Of a stretch of 64,000 nucleotides of DNA, positions 12,128 to 25,894 are shown piece after piece (positions within the stretch are counted from its first letter, which is position 1; every line of letters starts with the position of its first letter). The position numbers and the translations under genes are program-made. The DNA is from Carcharhinus amblyrhynchos (Eukaryota), in contig OZ336882.1 of assembly GCA_965287045.1 (NCBI GenBank), forward strand, positions 26,536,001 to 26,600,000. The letters run 5' to 3'. A model generated the notes under the pieces. It ran no database searches. It saw nothing but the letters and a program-made list of their open reading frames with translations, and was not told the origin of the DNA.

Positions 12128-12779
12128 TGGGGTCAATTTAGCATGGCTAATCAATCTAACCTACACATCTTTGGACTTTGGACTTATTGCAAATTTTCTG
12201 AATTACAACAATGGCTATACTTCAAATGTACTTAATAATCTGTAAGATGCTTTGAGACATTTTGAGTTAGTGAAAGGTGTTATACAAATGCAGACTCTAG
12301 CGTCCTCCTTTTATGGAATCAGAAATCTAAGGGCTGTAATTCTTCTGAAACGATAGCTTGAAATTCCCCAGCTTTTTCTAATCCTTTCTTCAATCTTGGA
12401 GAACATCCTATCTATGCTCTTTAACCTCAATAAATTGTTCAACAGCTTTCACTAATGGGGAGATCTATATTTCTTGCAGTGAGAAACACATTATTAATGA
12501 AAGCATGTGACATGATTTGCAGAAAAAGGTTGTTGTGTTGCATTTGTAATGAGACCAGGACCATTTCTCTTCAAATTTCAATTTATTCCTTCTGCCGACT
12601 GTTAAAATGTATATTTGAGAAATGAGTTTTTTAATGTTATCATTTAGTTTCATTTTAAAACATTCTGGATGACTAAATTACTAGAGCAAATCCTATAATG
12701 ATCTCGTAAACACTCTTGTGCAATGAGCTAATCATGGGTATATTCAGTATCTTTATGTATGGTAAATAAAAAGTCCTTC

Positions 12780-13520
12780 CTTTGGCAATCACTGGCTAAT
12801 GGGTATGATTGTCCATCTAAGAAACCCAGTGTTACTGGTCACAGGTTCTGTGGGTCCTTGTGTGGCTGATGAACCTGATTCTAGAGCTGCATCTTTGACG
12901 TCACATTTGGCAGGTGTTTCTGAGAGTTGGGTTCAGTCTTTGGACTCTAAATCACTGGTATTTCTTTCTCAGGCTCCCTTTCTGGGCCTCCTCTTGCTGT
13001 TGAACGTCCTTGAAGAATTGTATCCCTTCAATCAACCCACTTCTAAGTGGGTTTCTTCAGAGTAAGGGTCTCTCATATGTTAACATGTTACATTTTTGAG
13101 GTAAGCTTTCAGGATGTCTTCAGAGCACTTCCTTTGTCCGTCTCTTGTTCAGATGGCTTCCTTGAGCTGGGTGAAGATGACTTGTTTTGGCAGTCAGGGC
13201 TCTGGCATCCTAAGCACGTGACTGGCCGAGCGGAGTTGGTTTGGCCTTGATGCTGATGCCCATGGCTCCTACAAGGACACAGATGTTAGTACGCCTGTCC
13301 TCCCAGCTGATGCAGACAATCCATCTCAGACAGCATTGATGGTACATCTCCAGGGCTTTGAGGTGGCGTCTGTACATAGCTCAAGTTTCTGAGCAACGTA
13401 AAGAGTTGGGAGGATGACTGCCTTGTAGATGAGGATCTTGGTGGCAGCACGAATGTCGTGGACATAGAAGATTCTCATCCTTAGGCACCCACTGATGAGA
13501 TAGGATGTTGGATCTCTGCA
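12780..13520 (-). mobile_element. RTE-clade LINE 3' fragment
   Basis: Across frames TKILIYKAVILPTL...SET, then HLKALEMYHQCCL, typical of the RTE C-terminus. Confidence 0.75.
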
Positions 13521-14317
13521 AATAAAAAGTAGGGCATTGCAAAAAGACCAATATCCTAAACTGTACCAATACGTATCAATTAGCTGCATGTACTTTAGAT
13601 GGACTCTGTTTAGCTTTCTATCCAGGTAAAGATGAGCCCTCAATCTCCAGTGAATTCTACAGGCATTCATTGTTGAAAAATACATAAAACTGCCCTTTGA
13701 AATATAACTGAGCATAAATAAATTTAAGTATGTAACAAAAATAAAACTCTCTCCAGGGAGTAACACCCACTGCAGTTTAACCCGGGAAAAATACCTTGTT
13801 TTGAGCTAGATTTCTACAGAATGACAATGCTTACAGGTTAGCATCAATTCATAAAGAGCCTGTGTTATAATCAGTTCTTCAAAGGCCTTTTCTTTTCATA
13901 GCTATTAAAGTTAGCTCTACCTGCTGTTCCTTGGTTTTAAAAATAAAAATGTCCTTTTAAGTGGTTTTACCCTGATTTCTGTTACACTGGAGGAGACGGA
14001 ACATAAGAAAGAGAATCAGGGCAGGGAGTTTGAAGATTGAAGCAGCTCCATTGGAAACAGGACCGAGATGTAAGTACCCAGACCAGAAAGTCTATTAACC
14101 TTGACTGATGTTCTGGAAGATGTGCGAGGAGCAAAATGTAAAGCACAATTAAATGTAATTGCACAGAGGAGGTCTTTGGCAGATTGTGCAACTTACATGA
14201 TGATGTGAAGCACTGGTCTACATGCAGCAGAGCCTTAACAGAATGCAGGATTGGTGTGATACCTTACAATCCCTTTTAAATAATGATGTGCACATCAATG
14301 AAACTTCTTAAACAAAT

Positions 14318-14600
14318 TCACCCACAGGATGTGGACATCATTGGGAAGGCTAGTGTTATTGCCCACCCAAATTGCCTTTCGGAAGGTGGCGGTGAGCTGC
14401 ATTTTTGAATTGCTACTGGCCATGTAGATACTTCCAGAGAAGGAGTTCTAATTTGCAGGTTGTAGTGTTCCCATGTAACTGCTGCCCTTACCATTCTTGG
14501 TAATGGAAGTTGTAAGTTTGGAAGGTGCCATAGAAAGGGACTTGGTGTGATGTTGTAGTGTATCTTGTAAATTGTACACGTTTCTATCATCAGCGATGAA
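14318..14600 (-). mobile_element. L2/Crack-like LINE 3' end
   Basis: Reverse complement of the 3' region and tail of 53415-54330. Confidence 0.75.
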
Positions 14601-14867
14601 GGGAATGAATGCTTACGGTGATGGGCAATACTGTAACAAATGGGTTTCAATGTATGCAGTTGTGGAGTCATCTGCTTTGGACCTAAAAGAGAAAGAACAA
14701 GCTACTTATCAAATGATGAAAAGCTAGAAAAAAAAAGGAGGTTCAGAGACACTGAGGTTCAGGCACACACACATTAAAATATTATGAACAGTTAAGGGCA
14801 ACAATTAGATAGATGCCAAACTCACAAATATGGATTTATGGAGCATAAGTTTGAAATGAACATTTAA

Positions 14868-17800
14868 AACCACGATTTTCCCAAAATAATTCTTACGTGT
14901 CCAACAGGTGGGAAAATGGAAAGTTTCCTTGCTCGTTTTTGGATGAGCTGAGTTAAATTAATTTATGGTACTCTAAATGTATTTATGGCCATAGTATTAG
15001 AGGATTCGAAGGAGGGATGTTTGTTGAGTGTATTCAGGAAGAATTTCTTATTCAGTATGTGGATGACTTGACTAGAGAAGGGGCAAAACTTGACCTCCTC
15101 CTGGGAAATAAGAAAGGGCAGGTGACAGAAGTGTTAGTGAGGGATCACTTTGAGACCAGTGACCATAATTCTATTAGTTTTAAGATAGATATGGAGAATG
15201 ATAGGTCTGGCCCAAAAGTTAAAATTCTAAATTGGGGCAAGGCCAATTTTGATAGTATTAGGCAGGAATTTTCAAAAGTTAATTGGGGGAGTCCTTGGGA
15301 AGGCAAAGGGATATCTGGTAAGTGGGAGACTTTCAAAAGTTTGTTAACCAGGGTTCAGGGTAAGCACATTCCTCTTAAAGGGCAAGGTTGGTAGAAGTAG
15401 GGATATTGAGGCCCTGGTGAAGAAGAAGAAGGAGGGTACATGACATGCACAGGCAGCTGGGATCAAATGAATCCCTTGAAGACTATAGGGAGTGCAGGAG
15501 TGGAGTTAAGGGAGAAATCAGGAGGGTAAAAAGGAGATGTGAGATTATTTGGCAGAATCCAAAGAGATTCTATAAATACATAAAGGCCAAAAGAGTAACA
15601 ATGGAGAGAGTAGGGCCTCCTAAGAATCAACAAGGTCATCTATGTGTGGATCAATAAGAGATGGGTGAGATCCTAAATAATATTTCTCAACAGTACTCAC
15701 TGTTGAGAAAAGCATGGATGTCAGGGAAGTTGGGGAAATCAATAGTGATGTCTCGAGGAATGAACATATAACAGAGAAGACTTAAAGCGCATCAAGGTAG
15801 ATAAATCCCCGGGACTTGATGAAGTATATTCCAGGACATTGTAGGAGGTTAGGGAGGAAATTGCAGGTCCCATAGCAGAGATATATGATTCATCAATAGT
15901 CATAGGTCAGATACCTGAAAATTGGAGGGTGGCAAATGTTGTGCTTTTGTTGAAGAATGGCTGCAGGGAAAAGCCTCGGAACTACGGGCCAGTGAGTCTC
16001 ATACCCATGGTGGGTTTGTTGTTGGAAGGTATTTGAGAGACAGGATCTACAGGTATTTAGAGGCACAAGAACTGATTAGGAACAGTCAGCATGTCTGTGA
16101 GTGGAAAATCGTGCCTCACAAATTTGATTGAGTTTTTTGAAGAGATAACAAAGAAGGTAGATGAGGGCAGTGCAGTTGATGTTGTCTACATGGACTTTAG
16201 CAAGGCCTTTGACAAGGTACCACATGGTAGGTGGTTGCATAAAATTAAATCTCATAGGATCCAGAGCGACGTAGCCAAATTGATACAAAATTGGCTTGAT
16301 GACAGAAGCTAGAGGGTGTTGTAGAGGGTTGTTTTTCAAACCAGAGGTCTGTGGCCAGCGGTATGCCTCAAGGATTGGTTCTGAGTCCCCTGTTATTTGT
16401 CATTTATATTAAAGATTTGGATGAGAATATAGGAGGCATGGTTAGTAAATTTGCAGTTGACACCAAGATTGGTGGCATAATGGACAGTAAAGAAGGTTAT
16501 CTCAGAATGCAGTGGGAACTTGATCAATTGGGCCAGTGGGCTGATGAATGGCAGATGGAGTTTAATTTAGATAAATGCGAGGTGATGCATTTTAGTAGAT
16601 TGAATCAGGGCAGGACTTACTCAGTTAATGATAAGGCGTTGGGGAGAGTTACAGAACAAAGAGACCTAGGGGTACAGATTCATATCTCCTTGAAAGTGGA
16701 GTCACCGATGGATAGAGTGATGAAGAAAGTATTCAGCATACTGGGCTTCATTGGTCAGAACACTGGATACAGGAGTTGAGATGTCTTGTTGAAGTTGTAC
16801 AAGACATTGTTAAGGCCACACTTGGAATACTGTGTACAGTTCTTGTCACCCTATTATAGAAAGGATATTATTAAACTAGAAAGAGTGCAGAAAGACTTAT
16901 TAGAATGCTACTAGGACTTGTTGGTTTGAGTTATAAGGAGAGGCGGGATAGACTAGGACTTTTTTCTCTGGAGCATAGGAGGCGTAGGGGTAATCGTAAA
17001 ATAATGAGGGGCATAGATCAGCTAGATAGTCAGTACCTTTTGCCAAAGACATAGCTTTAAGGTAAGAAGGGAAAGATACAAAAGGGTTCAAAGGGTCATT
17101 TTTTTCACACAGAGGTTGATGAGTGTCTGGAACAAGTTGCCAGAGGTAGTAGTAGATGCAGGTACAATTTTGTCTTTTAAAAAGCATTTAGACAGTTATA
17201 TGGATAAGATGCGATTAGAGGGGTATGGGCCAAATGCAGGCAATTGGGACTAGCTTAGGGGCGTGAAAAAAAGGGCAGCATGGACAAGTTGAGCCGAAGT
17301 CCTGTTTCCATTCTGTAAACCTCTGTAAATCTATGACTCACCCCGATCACCAATTCACCCCCTGTCCGATCTCCTCCCAACCCCCCCATCCTTCCGACAT
17401 CCCTGACACCCCCTTCTCCCAGATATGGACAGTCTGAACCCCTCCACAGCTGCATGGCTGGCCCCCATCTCTGTCCCCTGAAGCAGAGTTTCCCATTTCC
17501 TTCCCCTCCTACTTTCCCAGGTCTCGCTCTGCCCCCATCTGCCCCTGTGATGCTCTAACCCCTTGGCACAACCCGGTGCCTGATGAACAGTACCTGTGCA
17601 CCAGGCTGGCACTACCAGAGTGCCAGGCTGGCAGTGTCATGCTGCCAGTGCCCTGACCCCCCAGGGAGCCTCAATGGCTTCTGTTCCCAGCAGTGAGGCC
17701 ATCACATCAGTTCCCCATTGCTGGGGACCATCTGTGATCCCTGCTGGTGTGGACTTGCACTGGCGAGATCAGAAATCCAAATAAGCCTGGACAATAGAAT

Positions 17801-18000
17801 CTAGGGCTCACTAAAAGGATATAAATTAGGAAATGAATATTTAAATCAGCCTTGCGCTGGGGAATATCATAAAAATGGCCTGGGAAGATTGAGACTGGCC
17901 AGACACAGGTCACTAGCCCAATTCCCCTGATTAGTTTCCTGTGACATTTCCTGCCCCACTACGCTACCTGACCAATGTAACGGTGTGGAAAAATTGTGCC
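14868..18000. mobile_element. Harbinger-like non-autonomous element interrupted by CR1
   Basis: Left end cacgattttccc and right end ggaaaaattgtgcc form an imperfect TIR; GC-rich body 17340-18000. Confidence 0.5.
14989..17339 (+). mobile_element. CR1 (HER1-like) LINE, 5'-truncated ~2.35 kb, frameshifted ORF2
   Basis: ORFs give TREGAKLDLLLGN, SDHNSI (APE end), KSCLTNLIEFFE, VYMDFSKAFDKVPH, GMPQGLVLSPLLFVIYIKDLD, KFAVDTK, WQMEFNLDKCEVMHF; tail ctctgtaaatctatgact. Confidence 0.97.
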
Positions 18001-18320
18001 TGATCACCTTAAAGCAATTATGAAGAATTATCTATTTTTAAAGAAATGGAGTTGAGAAGTCAGGTGATCTTTTCTTTCCTGTTATTATGTATGGAACTAT
18101 ATGAGGCCCTGGAGCTAGCCTTCACAACTAGGCAAGATAAAATATGAACAAACTTTCAGAACATCTCATTGAATAGTCATTAGAATGCAACGAACATTTC
18201 CTGTGGATTAATGGCTTTATCCAAATAATTAAAGGAATTGGTTCATAATAGAGTATTAGATTATCTAGCTTCAGAGTGGAAGTCAAAGAATGGGTGTGAA
18301 TAAAACCCATTATGTCAAGT

Positions 18321-18638
18321 GGGTGGCATGGTAGCACAATGGTTAGCACTGCTGCCTCACAGCCTGGGTTCAGTTCCAGCCTTGGGTCACTGTCTGTGCG
18401 GACTTTGCACATTCTCCCAGTGTCTGTGAGGATTTCCTCCGGGTGCTCCAGTTTCCTCCCACAGTCCAAAGATGTGTGGGTTCTGTTGATTGCCCATGCT
18501 AAATTGACCCTACTGTCAGGAGATCGGCAGAGTAAATATGTGGGGTTACAGGAATATGGCCCTGGGTGGGATTGTGGTCAGTGCAGACTCAATGGGCTGA
18601 ATGGCCTCCTTCTGCACTACAGGGATTCTATGATTCTA
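18321..18638 (+). mobile_element. HE1-type V-SINE
   Basis: Full head, core and tail ending gattctatgattcta. Confidence 0.92.
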
Positions 18639-19950
18639 AGTGATGTGTGAATGAGTGAAATTTGGACCCTATTGTGGATCAATGGTCAAGTTGTCTGGGA
18701 TCCTATGTACTGTGGTCACATGATAGAAACCAGGGACATTTAATAAGACATTTTGAAGTCATAAAGAGAGAAAGATCCACACCAGTAAAGGAACAGGACT
18801 CTATCTAGGAAACATTAAGTGGCAGAGAATTCGAGTTAGCCTCTATCTATTTGAAGAACCAAACCAAGTTTTCGGTTCTGGATTTCACTGTACAAGAGAA
18901 ACCTGCTTCTGCAAGCAGTGAATCCATCTTTATCAACCCCTGAGAAACTATTTCTTCAGTGAACCAGAAAGTAATCAAATCTGCAAAGATCTGAGACTTA
19001 ATCATGGGAGAAGCAAGTGTGACACGTTTTGGATTTTTAAGAATTATGTGCATTTGTCTCTTTTTGTTATCACAATCTTTTATTGTGAGTGTAAGCGAGT
19101 GGGTGTTCATTGCAAATGCATTCAGTTATTGTGCAATGAAGATTTGTCCTTTTTAAAAACTTACAAGGAAACCTTTCATTTGTCCTTTATAGCCAGTACG
19201 GTAATCATTAATCCAGGCAATAACTTCCACAGTGTCTAAATGGAGCTCTCTGAAGCCTCTCTGCTGAATTTTGTCAGGGGTAGTCTTCAATGATGTGAGT
19301 CATTGATTGGGGTGCACAAGAGCTGCAGTTGGGGTTGCCTTAAAGGCTTCATTTGTGCCAGTTTGCTGCACAAAGGCCTTGTCCAGGGCAGAAATGGTTG
19401 AGGGGTATCCAGTATTGGTGCGGCAGGTTGAAGAACGGGATCTGTGCCCATTCTTAACAGTTACAACACTCAGGAGGTTAAAACAACTTTCTTCCTTAGA
19501 AGCACATTTGTCTTTGTTCCTTTGAGAGGTGGAAAAGGGGGGAAACCACCCTACCGACTCATTCCTGTCTGTAACACAGACTTAGAGAATGCTGACCTTC
19601 TTATCTAGAAGACTAGAAGTCAAGCAGATAGAAATTTCACATCTTAAGCCCTGATTAGACCACATCTTGAGTATGTGTGCAGTTCTGGACACCACACCTT
19701 AGGAAGCATATATTGGTCTTGGAGGGACTGCAGCTGGAATGATATCGGGACGCCATGGGTTAAGATATGAATAGATATGACAAAAATGAGGATCTTATTC
19801 CTTAAAATTTAGAAGCACAAGAGATGATTTTATCTAAGATTTCAAGTTGTTAATGGGAACAAATAAGGCAGACTGGGAAAAACTATCTCTGCTGGTTGGA
19901 AATTCCAGGATTAGGGACATTGTCGAACAATTAGAAGCAGACAGTTCAGG

Positions 19951-20743
19951 AGTGAGGTAATGCATTTTGGGAGGTTTAATATAGATAAGAAATATAGAGT
20001 AAGTGGCAGAACCCTTAAGAGTATTGATATGCAAAGAAGTCTGGATAAACAGATGCACAGGTCACTGAAAGTGGCAATGCAGGTGGAGAAGGTATTCAAA
20101 AAGGCATACGGCATGCTAGCCTTCATTGGCCAGGGCATTGAGTTTAAAAATTGGCAAGTCATGTTGCAGCTTTATAGAACCTTAGTTAGGCTGCACTTGG
20201 AATATAGTGTTCAATTCTGGTTGCCAAACTATCAGAAGAATGTGGAGGCTTTGGAGAGGACACAGAAAAGATTTACCAGGCTGTTGCCTGGTATGGAGGA
20301 CATCAGCAATGAGGTGAGGTTGTAGAAACTTGGTTTGTTCTCACTGGAACGACAGAGGTTGAGGGGAGACCTGATAGAAGCCTACAAGACTATGAGAGAC
20401 ATGGACAGAGTGGATAGTCAGAAGCTTTTTCCCAGGCTGGAACAGTCAATTACTCAGGGGCACAGGTTTAAAGTGTGAGGGACAAGGTTTAATGGAGATG
20501 TATGAGGCAGATTTTTTTACACAGTGGCTGGTGGGTGCCTGGAACTCATTGCCGAGAGAGATAGTGGAAGCAGATACAATAGTGACTTTCAAGCGGTGTC
20601 TTAACAAATACATGAATAGGATAGGAATGGAGGGATATGGTCCCCAAAAGGCAAGGGGGTTTTAGTTCAGTTAGGCAGCATGGTCAATGCAGGCTTGGAG
20701 GGCTGAAGGGCCTGTTCTTGTGCTATAATTTTCTTTGTTCTTT
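19951..20743 (+). mobile_element. Younger CR1 3' fragment (~790 bp) inserted in old CR1
   Basis: ORF 19960-20325 (AYGMLAFIGQGIEFKNWQVMLQLYRTLVRLHLEYSVQFW); tail ttctttgttcttt. Confidence 0.93.
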
Positions 20744-21584
20744 GAAACGAGGAACCAGTTCTTCATGCAAAGGGCGTTTGAAGTTTATAGCTCTCTGCCA
20801 CAAGTGACAATTGATGCTGCATCAGCTGTTAAGTTTAGAACTGACATTGGTAGATTTTTGTTAGCCAATTACTTAAGGGATATGGAGCAAGGTTCAATAC
20901 ATGGAGTTAGAACATTGATCAACTGTGATATCAGTGAATGTCAGAATGAGGCCTAACTTCTTATATTCCTGCCCTGGATCCAGGCTATTTATGCCCCATT
21001 CCTTATCACATGCATATCCTTAGAATACATACTATGTCAGTGCGGTGGCTGCCAATGTGAAGTGACATGATGGTATATCTTCATCATCACTGACTTCTTA
21101 CTCTGCCGCCTGTTGCTCTTTCACTGCTGCATAATCAGGTTGCAATATGTTCAGTCTCTGAAAGGAGAAAGGCACAATAACAGGGGTGGAGAGGTTTGCA
21201 GGGTGGCTGGGAAAGTAACAGATGCATGATCGCACCAGTTGTATGCAGCCACTCAAAGGTGACGTTAGCATGAGCTCTATGCTGCAATCACACTAATTTA
21301 GAAGCAGCATAAAGCTGCCTGGATTGGAACCAAGAGGCCAGAGAAAATTTTTTATAGCAAATGTCAATTATGGAACTGTTAAATAGCTTTTAGTTCTGAA
21401 TGGGGGCACTCTGAAACTTACTTAATACATCTTTCATGGAGAACTAATGCGCGATGACAGCAGCTTCACAGCATTGTATTATATTCTGTTCCGAGTCTAT
21501 TGGTGAGGAATGTTACAGTGCAGCCTTTATAGGGTGTCCCTGGCAGCATCTTTCAAATTTCTGTGCGGCACCACACATCTGCAG

Positions 21585-21917
21585 ACATTTTTTTTCATCC
21601 ATTCGTCGGCTGGGCCAGCACTTACTGACCATCCCTTATTGCTCTTGTTCAGAGTGCAGTTGTTGTGGGTCTTGAGTCACATGATAGACCAGACCAGGTA
21701 AGGACAGTAGATTTCACATTAGTGAATCAGATAGGGTTTTCTAAACAATCGACAATGCTTTCGTGGTCATCAGTAGACTCTTACTTCCAGTTTTTTGAAA
21801 AACAGAATTCAGTTCCACCATCTGTTGTGGTAGGATTCAAACACTGGTCCCCAGAACATTAGTTGAGTTTCTAGATTAATAGTCAAGCAATAATACCACT
21901 AGGCCATTGCTTGCCCA
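21585..21917 (-). mobile_element. SINE family B
   Basis: Reverse-complement similarity to 57641-58002. Confidence 0.88.
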
Positions 21918-22289
21918 TGCATAAAAGCCTTCATCTGCCTTTGTGCTGATAGCCTCATCATTATAATTTATGCAAAATCCAGGCCATCCGGAAAATATTA
22001 AGAGTTCTGAGAATGGTGATTAACTAAATGTGTAGATACCTGTAGATCAAGGGAGCCCAGATGCTCTGCTATTCACTTTTATGTTTCAGGTGATTAGAAA
22101 TAAAGCAGTCTCAGAATATGGACTTGTACATACTTCTGACTTTGATGTTCACTTTAGGAGCTATGGCAGCTGAACTTCCAGACCCAAAAGGTCTGCACAG
22201 AATATTATTGGTTGTATTTCTTCTTTTGTTGTGGAACCCTCTCAAGCAATGTCTTTCCTTTTAATTCTGTCCCTTATCCTGCATTCGAA

Positions 22290-22598
22290 GATCATAGAAT
22301 CCTGACAATGCAGAAGGAGGCCATTTGGTCTATCAAGGCTGCACTGACCACAATCCCACTCAGGTCCTATCCTTGTAAATTTAACCGGCTAATCCCCCTG
22401 ACACTAGGGTCAATTTAGCATGGCCAATCAACCTAACCTGCACATCTTTGGATTGTGGGAGGAAACTGGCGCACCTGGTGGAAACCCACATGCGGAGAAT
22501 GTGCAAACTCCACGTGGAGAGTGACCTGAAGCCAGAGTTGAACCCGGGTCCCAGGTGCTGTGAGTCAGCAGTGCTAACCACTGTGCCACCGTACTGCT
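22290..22598 (-). mobile_element. HE1-type V-SINE
   Basis: Reverse complement of HE1. Confidence 0.9.
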
Positions 22599-23697
22599 CC
22601 ACTATGAACCTATGTACTGTACTAGCAATTAATTGCTGAGTAGGAACGTGCAACAGAATACTGGAAATCTCTGATGTTTGATATCACTTTCTCCTAATCA
22701 TTCTCTCCTCCTACAGCCACAGTGCCAAATACGTGAGCCTTCTGTGTTTGTTAGAGTTGCATCTGGCTGCTCCCGCTTATATTTCTGAAAACAAATGAGA
22801 AAGGAGGAGGTCCCTGGGTGATCCTGCACTCTGGCACTAACACGTCTCATCTATTGACTGGTAAAAAAATCATTTGCCTGATATGTTCCCTCCAGATGCT
22901 CCTGTTGTTTTATGTTCTATTTACCAGAGTTAGAGCAATTTAATGATGCTCTCCATGTTAACATAAATAAGAGTCCATTATAATGACAAGTTGCAATTTT
23001 TAGCTGTTGGGAACACAGTGAGCGCAATGCACACAAATCATGTTATGTAGTGATTAATATCCATGTAGTACATATTATATGGATAATCCTAAAGGTGTGC
23101 GGATTGGGTTGATTGGCCATGCTAAATCGCCTCATGGACTACAGGTTCAAGAGGCTGGCTCACCACCACTTCTCAAGGGCAATTACAGTTGCGCAATAAA
23201 TGCTGTTGTAGTCAGTAAAGCCCACACCCCATGAAAGAATCAAAGAACAAACAGTACAGGTAACATTATTTCTGTTTTAACACATTTCATCATTAAACAT
23301 TTCATACTGGTAATTTTATAATGTTCAACATGCAACCTTTAAAATGTGTATCAGATCATGCATTGCCTGGATCCTGGGGCAGTATTGCTGATGGGTGCAA
23401 AGTTCTCACAATTTGGCCTGGTTAACTTTGTCAAGAATAACATTATTGATTGCTGACAATCTCTCTAGCTTCTGAGTACTGGCAGCTGCGAATTGAAATC
23501 GGAGGAGGAATCCGCAGTAATATTGTTTTTTTATCCTCTGGATTGAGAAAGCTCCTTTGTTCCATTTTTATAGCCAGGCACTAAATTCTGATCAGTGTTC
23601 TCACTTTTCAAAACAGACTTTGAATCCCATGTCCATTTTTGAACTCTTAACTCTACTTTCCTCCGTTTTTAATATCCAAGTCTGTGAGGAAATGTTC

Positions 23698-23803
23698 ATG
23701 ATGTGGAGATGCCGGTGTTGGACTGGGGTCGGCACAGTAAGAAGTCTCACAACAAAGCCTAACAGGTTTATTTGGTATAATCTGCGTGCTCCTTCATCAG
23801 GAA
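23698..23803 (-). mobile_element. Penelope family 1 terminal fragment with partial hammerhead
   Basis: atgatgtggagatgccggtgttggactgggg...gtaagaagtctcacaac...gctccttcatcagg. Confidence 0.85.
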
Positions 23804-23854
23804 ATGTTCACGTCTCTGTGAAACATAAGAACATAAGAACATAAGAAATAGGAG

Positions 23855-24622
23855 CACATGGCAATCCCTCAGATCTCTTTGGAAAGTCAGTCTGGCTCTA
23901 AGTTCGTCTAGCTTCTTATCTATGAAATTGGACATTTGTAAGCAGTAAGCTGGGGAGGGGAGCCTTGGGACCACATTGCTTCACTCTCATCTGCAGGCCT
24001 GCACCTTTACCATGCTTCCTGGAGTGACTGCTTCTTTGAGCTTGGCAGATGGTGAGAGCGGTTTGCAGTGTAAAGAGTATGGTTGTGTCCAATGAGGTTC
24101 TTTGCTCTGGTTGGTGTGCGGATGGAGGATTTGTCGCCTTGCTTGCCGTTACTGCATCGGTAGGTGGGTCTGCACAGTCAGGTGTTCCGAGTCGCTGTTG
24201 GTCTATGTTTTGGCTTCGTTGGTCATTGAATATCCAGACCAGGCTCCGGTATGTACAGGTTGAAGGCCGGTAAGTGGATGGTGTCCTTGGGGTTGCGGTC
24301 GTGGATGAGTCTGTGTATCGAGGTCCACTGGCTCACTGCCAATTCAGGGTCTTCCTTCAGAGATTGGAGGGTCGCTGGACCTGCAAGTGGATTTAAAAGA
24401 GCAGTGTTAGTGATTGTTAAGCTGTGAGAGTTTAATTTTAAGAGTGTGAGGTGACTGTAGAAGTTGATCTTTCTCGACACCCTAGCTATGACGGTAACAC
24501 TACATTCTGCACCTTCGTTTCCTTCTCAATGAACGGTATACTTTGTCTGTACAGCTGCAAGAAACAATACTTTTCACTGTATGTTAATACGTGTGACAAT
24601 AATAAAACAAATCAAATCAAAT
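23855..24622. mobile_element. Rex1/Babar-like LINE with inverted 5' segment (23855-24450 minus) joined to plus-strand 3' tail (24463-24622)
   Basis: Minus ORF RLPSP...KLDELRARLTFQRDLRDCHVL matches the Rex-type endonuclease start; plus tail tgtgacaataataaa(caaat)n also seen at 25685 and 37655. Confidence 0.7.
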
Positions 24623-25117
24623 GTTCAAGCAGCCAAGCATCCAAGTTGTCCTCAATAACAATTGAGTTTATCTCATCCTATCTGAATTTGGGATTAGTTT
24701 TAACTTTATGTTTTTTTCCATGATTTAATCCTTCTATTTTCTTGTCCAGAGCACAGATTTAGCCTTGCTTCCTTTTGTGCAAGCAATCCTGTTTCTCTGT
24801 TGAGTAAAATCCTATTTAGCTACTTTCGGAACTTTGTTAAGGTTGTTTTGATACTCAGTTAAGAAAGGTAATACTCCTTTTTATTCAGTTTATCACTTCT
24901 TAAAACATTCTTCTGCTTTTCGTCCTCCCATTAATTTCAAGCTTTGTCCAGTTCCATTCCTGTAAGAATGATTGCCTCTTCACTTGAAAGTTTTGCTTTC
25001 TGCTCAAGAATATACACTCTTCCTTGCAACTCTATAAAATTCAGATTGAATTCACTCTTTTCACTCTCCTTCAAGTAATTATTTTACTTTGTTTCATTAT
25101 TATCATTAAGTATTGGG

Positions 25118-25815
25118 AGGCACGGTGACACAATGGTTAGCACTGCTGTCTCACAGAATCAGGCACCAGGATTCGATCCCCAGCTTGGGTCACTGTCTGT
25201 GCAGAGTCTGCACGTTCTCCCTGTGTCTGTGTGGGTTTCCTCCCGGTGCTTTGGTTTCCTCCCACAGTCCAAAGATTTGAGGGTTGTGTGAATTGGCCAT
25301 GCTGAATTCTCCCTCAGTGTAGCCCAATCCATTACGCGAACCAGCTTCCCAACCATTGATTCTGTCTACACTTCCCGTTGCCTCAGCAAAGCAGCCAGCA
25401 TAATTAAGAACCCCACGTATCCCAGACATTCTCTCTTCCACCTTCTTACCTTGGGAAAAAGATACAGAAGTGTGAGGTCACATACCAACAGACTCAAGGT
25501 CAGCTCCTTCCCTGCTGCTGTCAGACTCTTGAATGAACTTACCTTGCATTAAGTTGACCTTTCTCTACACACTAACTGTGACTGTAACACTTTGTTCTGC
25601 ACTCTCTCGTTTCCTTCTCTATGAACGGTATGTTTTGTCTGTATAGTGCACAAGAAGCAATACTTTTTACTGTTTGATAATACATGTGACAATAATAAAT
25701 CAAATCAAATCAAATCAAATGAACAGGTGCCGGAGTGTGCTGATGGGGGGATTTTTACAGTACCTCTATCACAGTGTGAAAGTAAGCTGACTTATGACTA
25801 CTAAACTTTAACTTT
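25118..25815 (+). mobile_element. HE1 type-B SINE interrupted by Rex1/Babar 3' fragment (25321-25720)
   Basis: SINE halves ctcagtgt | gaacaggtgccgg; insert encodes AQSITRTS...KAASIIKNPTYPRHSLFHLLTLGKRYRSVRS, with (caaat)n tail. Confidence 0.88.
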
Positions 25816-25894
25816 ACTGTTACTGTAGGCTGTTTTCCGCATCTCACTCAGGTATCCATGAATGAAATATATTAATGCATTTTTATATGGCAGA

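Larger units (their letters stand above)
14791..19576 (+). mobile_element. Probable solo LTR carrying nested insertions
   Basis: Ends ...ctgtaaca at 19576 and fills the gap in the old CR1; 5' TG not preserved. Confidence 0.4.
14630..20970 (+). mobile_element. Old CR1 split into three pieces (14630-14790, 19577-19950, 20744-20970) by nested insertions
   Basis: Pieces are collinear with CR1 ORF2 order: C.VI.FG...VQRD / GML.F.SR.LE...LIRPHLE / RNQFFMQR. Confidence 0.6.

Noticed and set aside
14989-17339. CR1 RT as a functional CDS
   Set aside because: 5'-truncated, multiple stops and frameshifts, catalytic FADD mutated to FAVD
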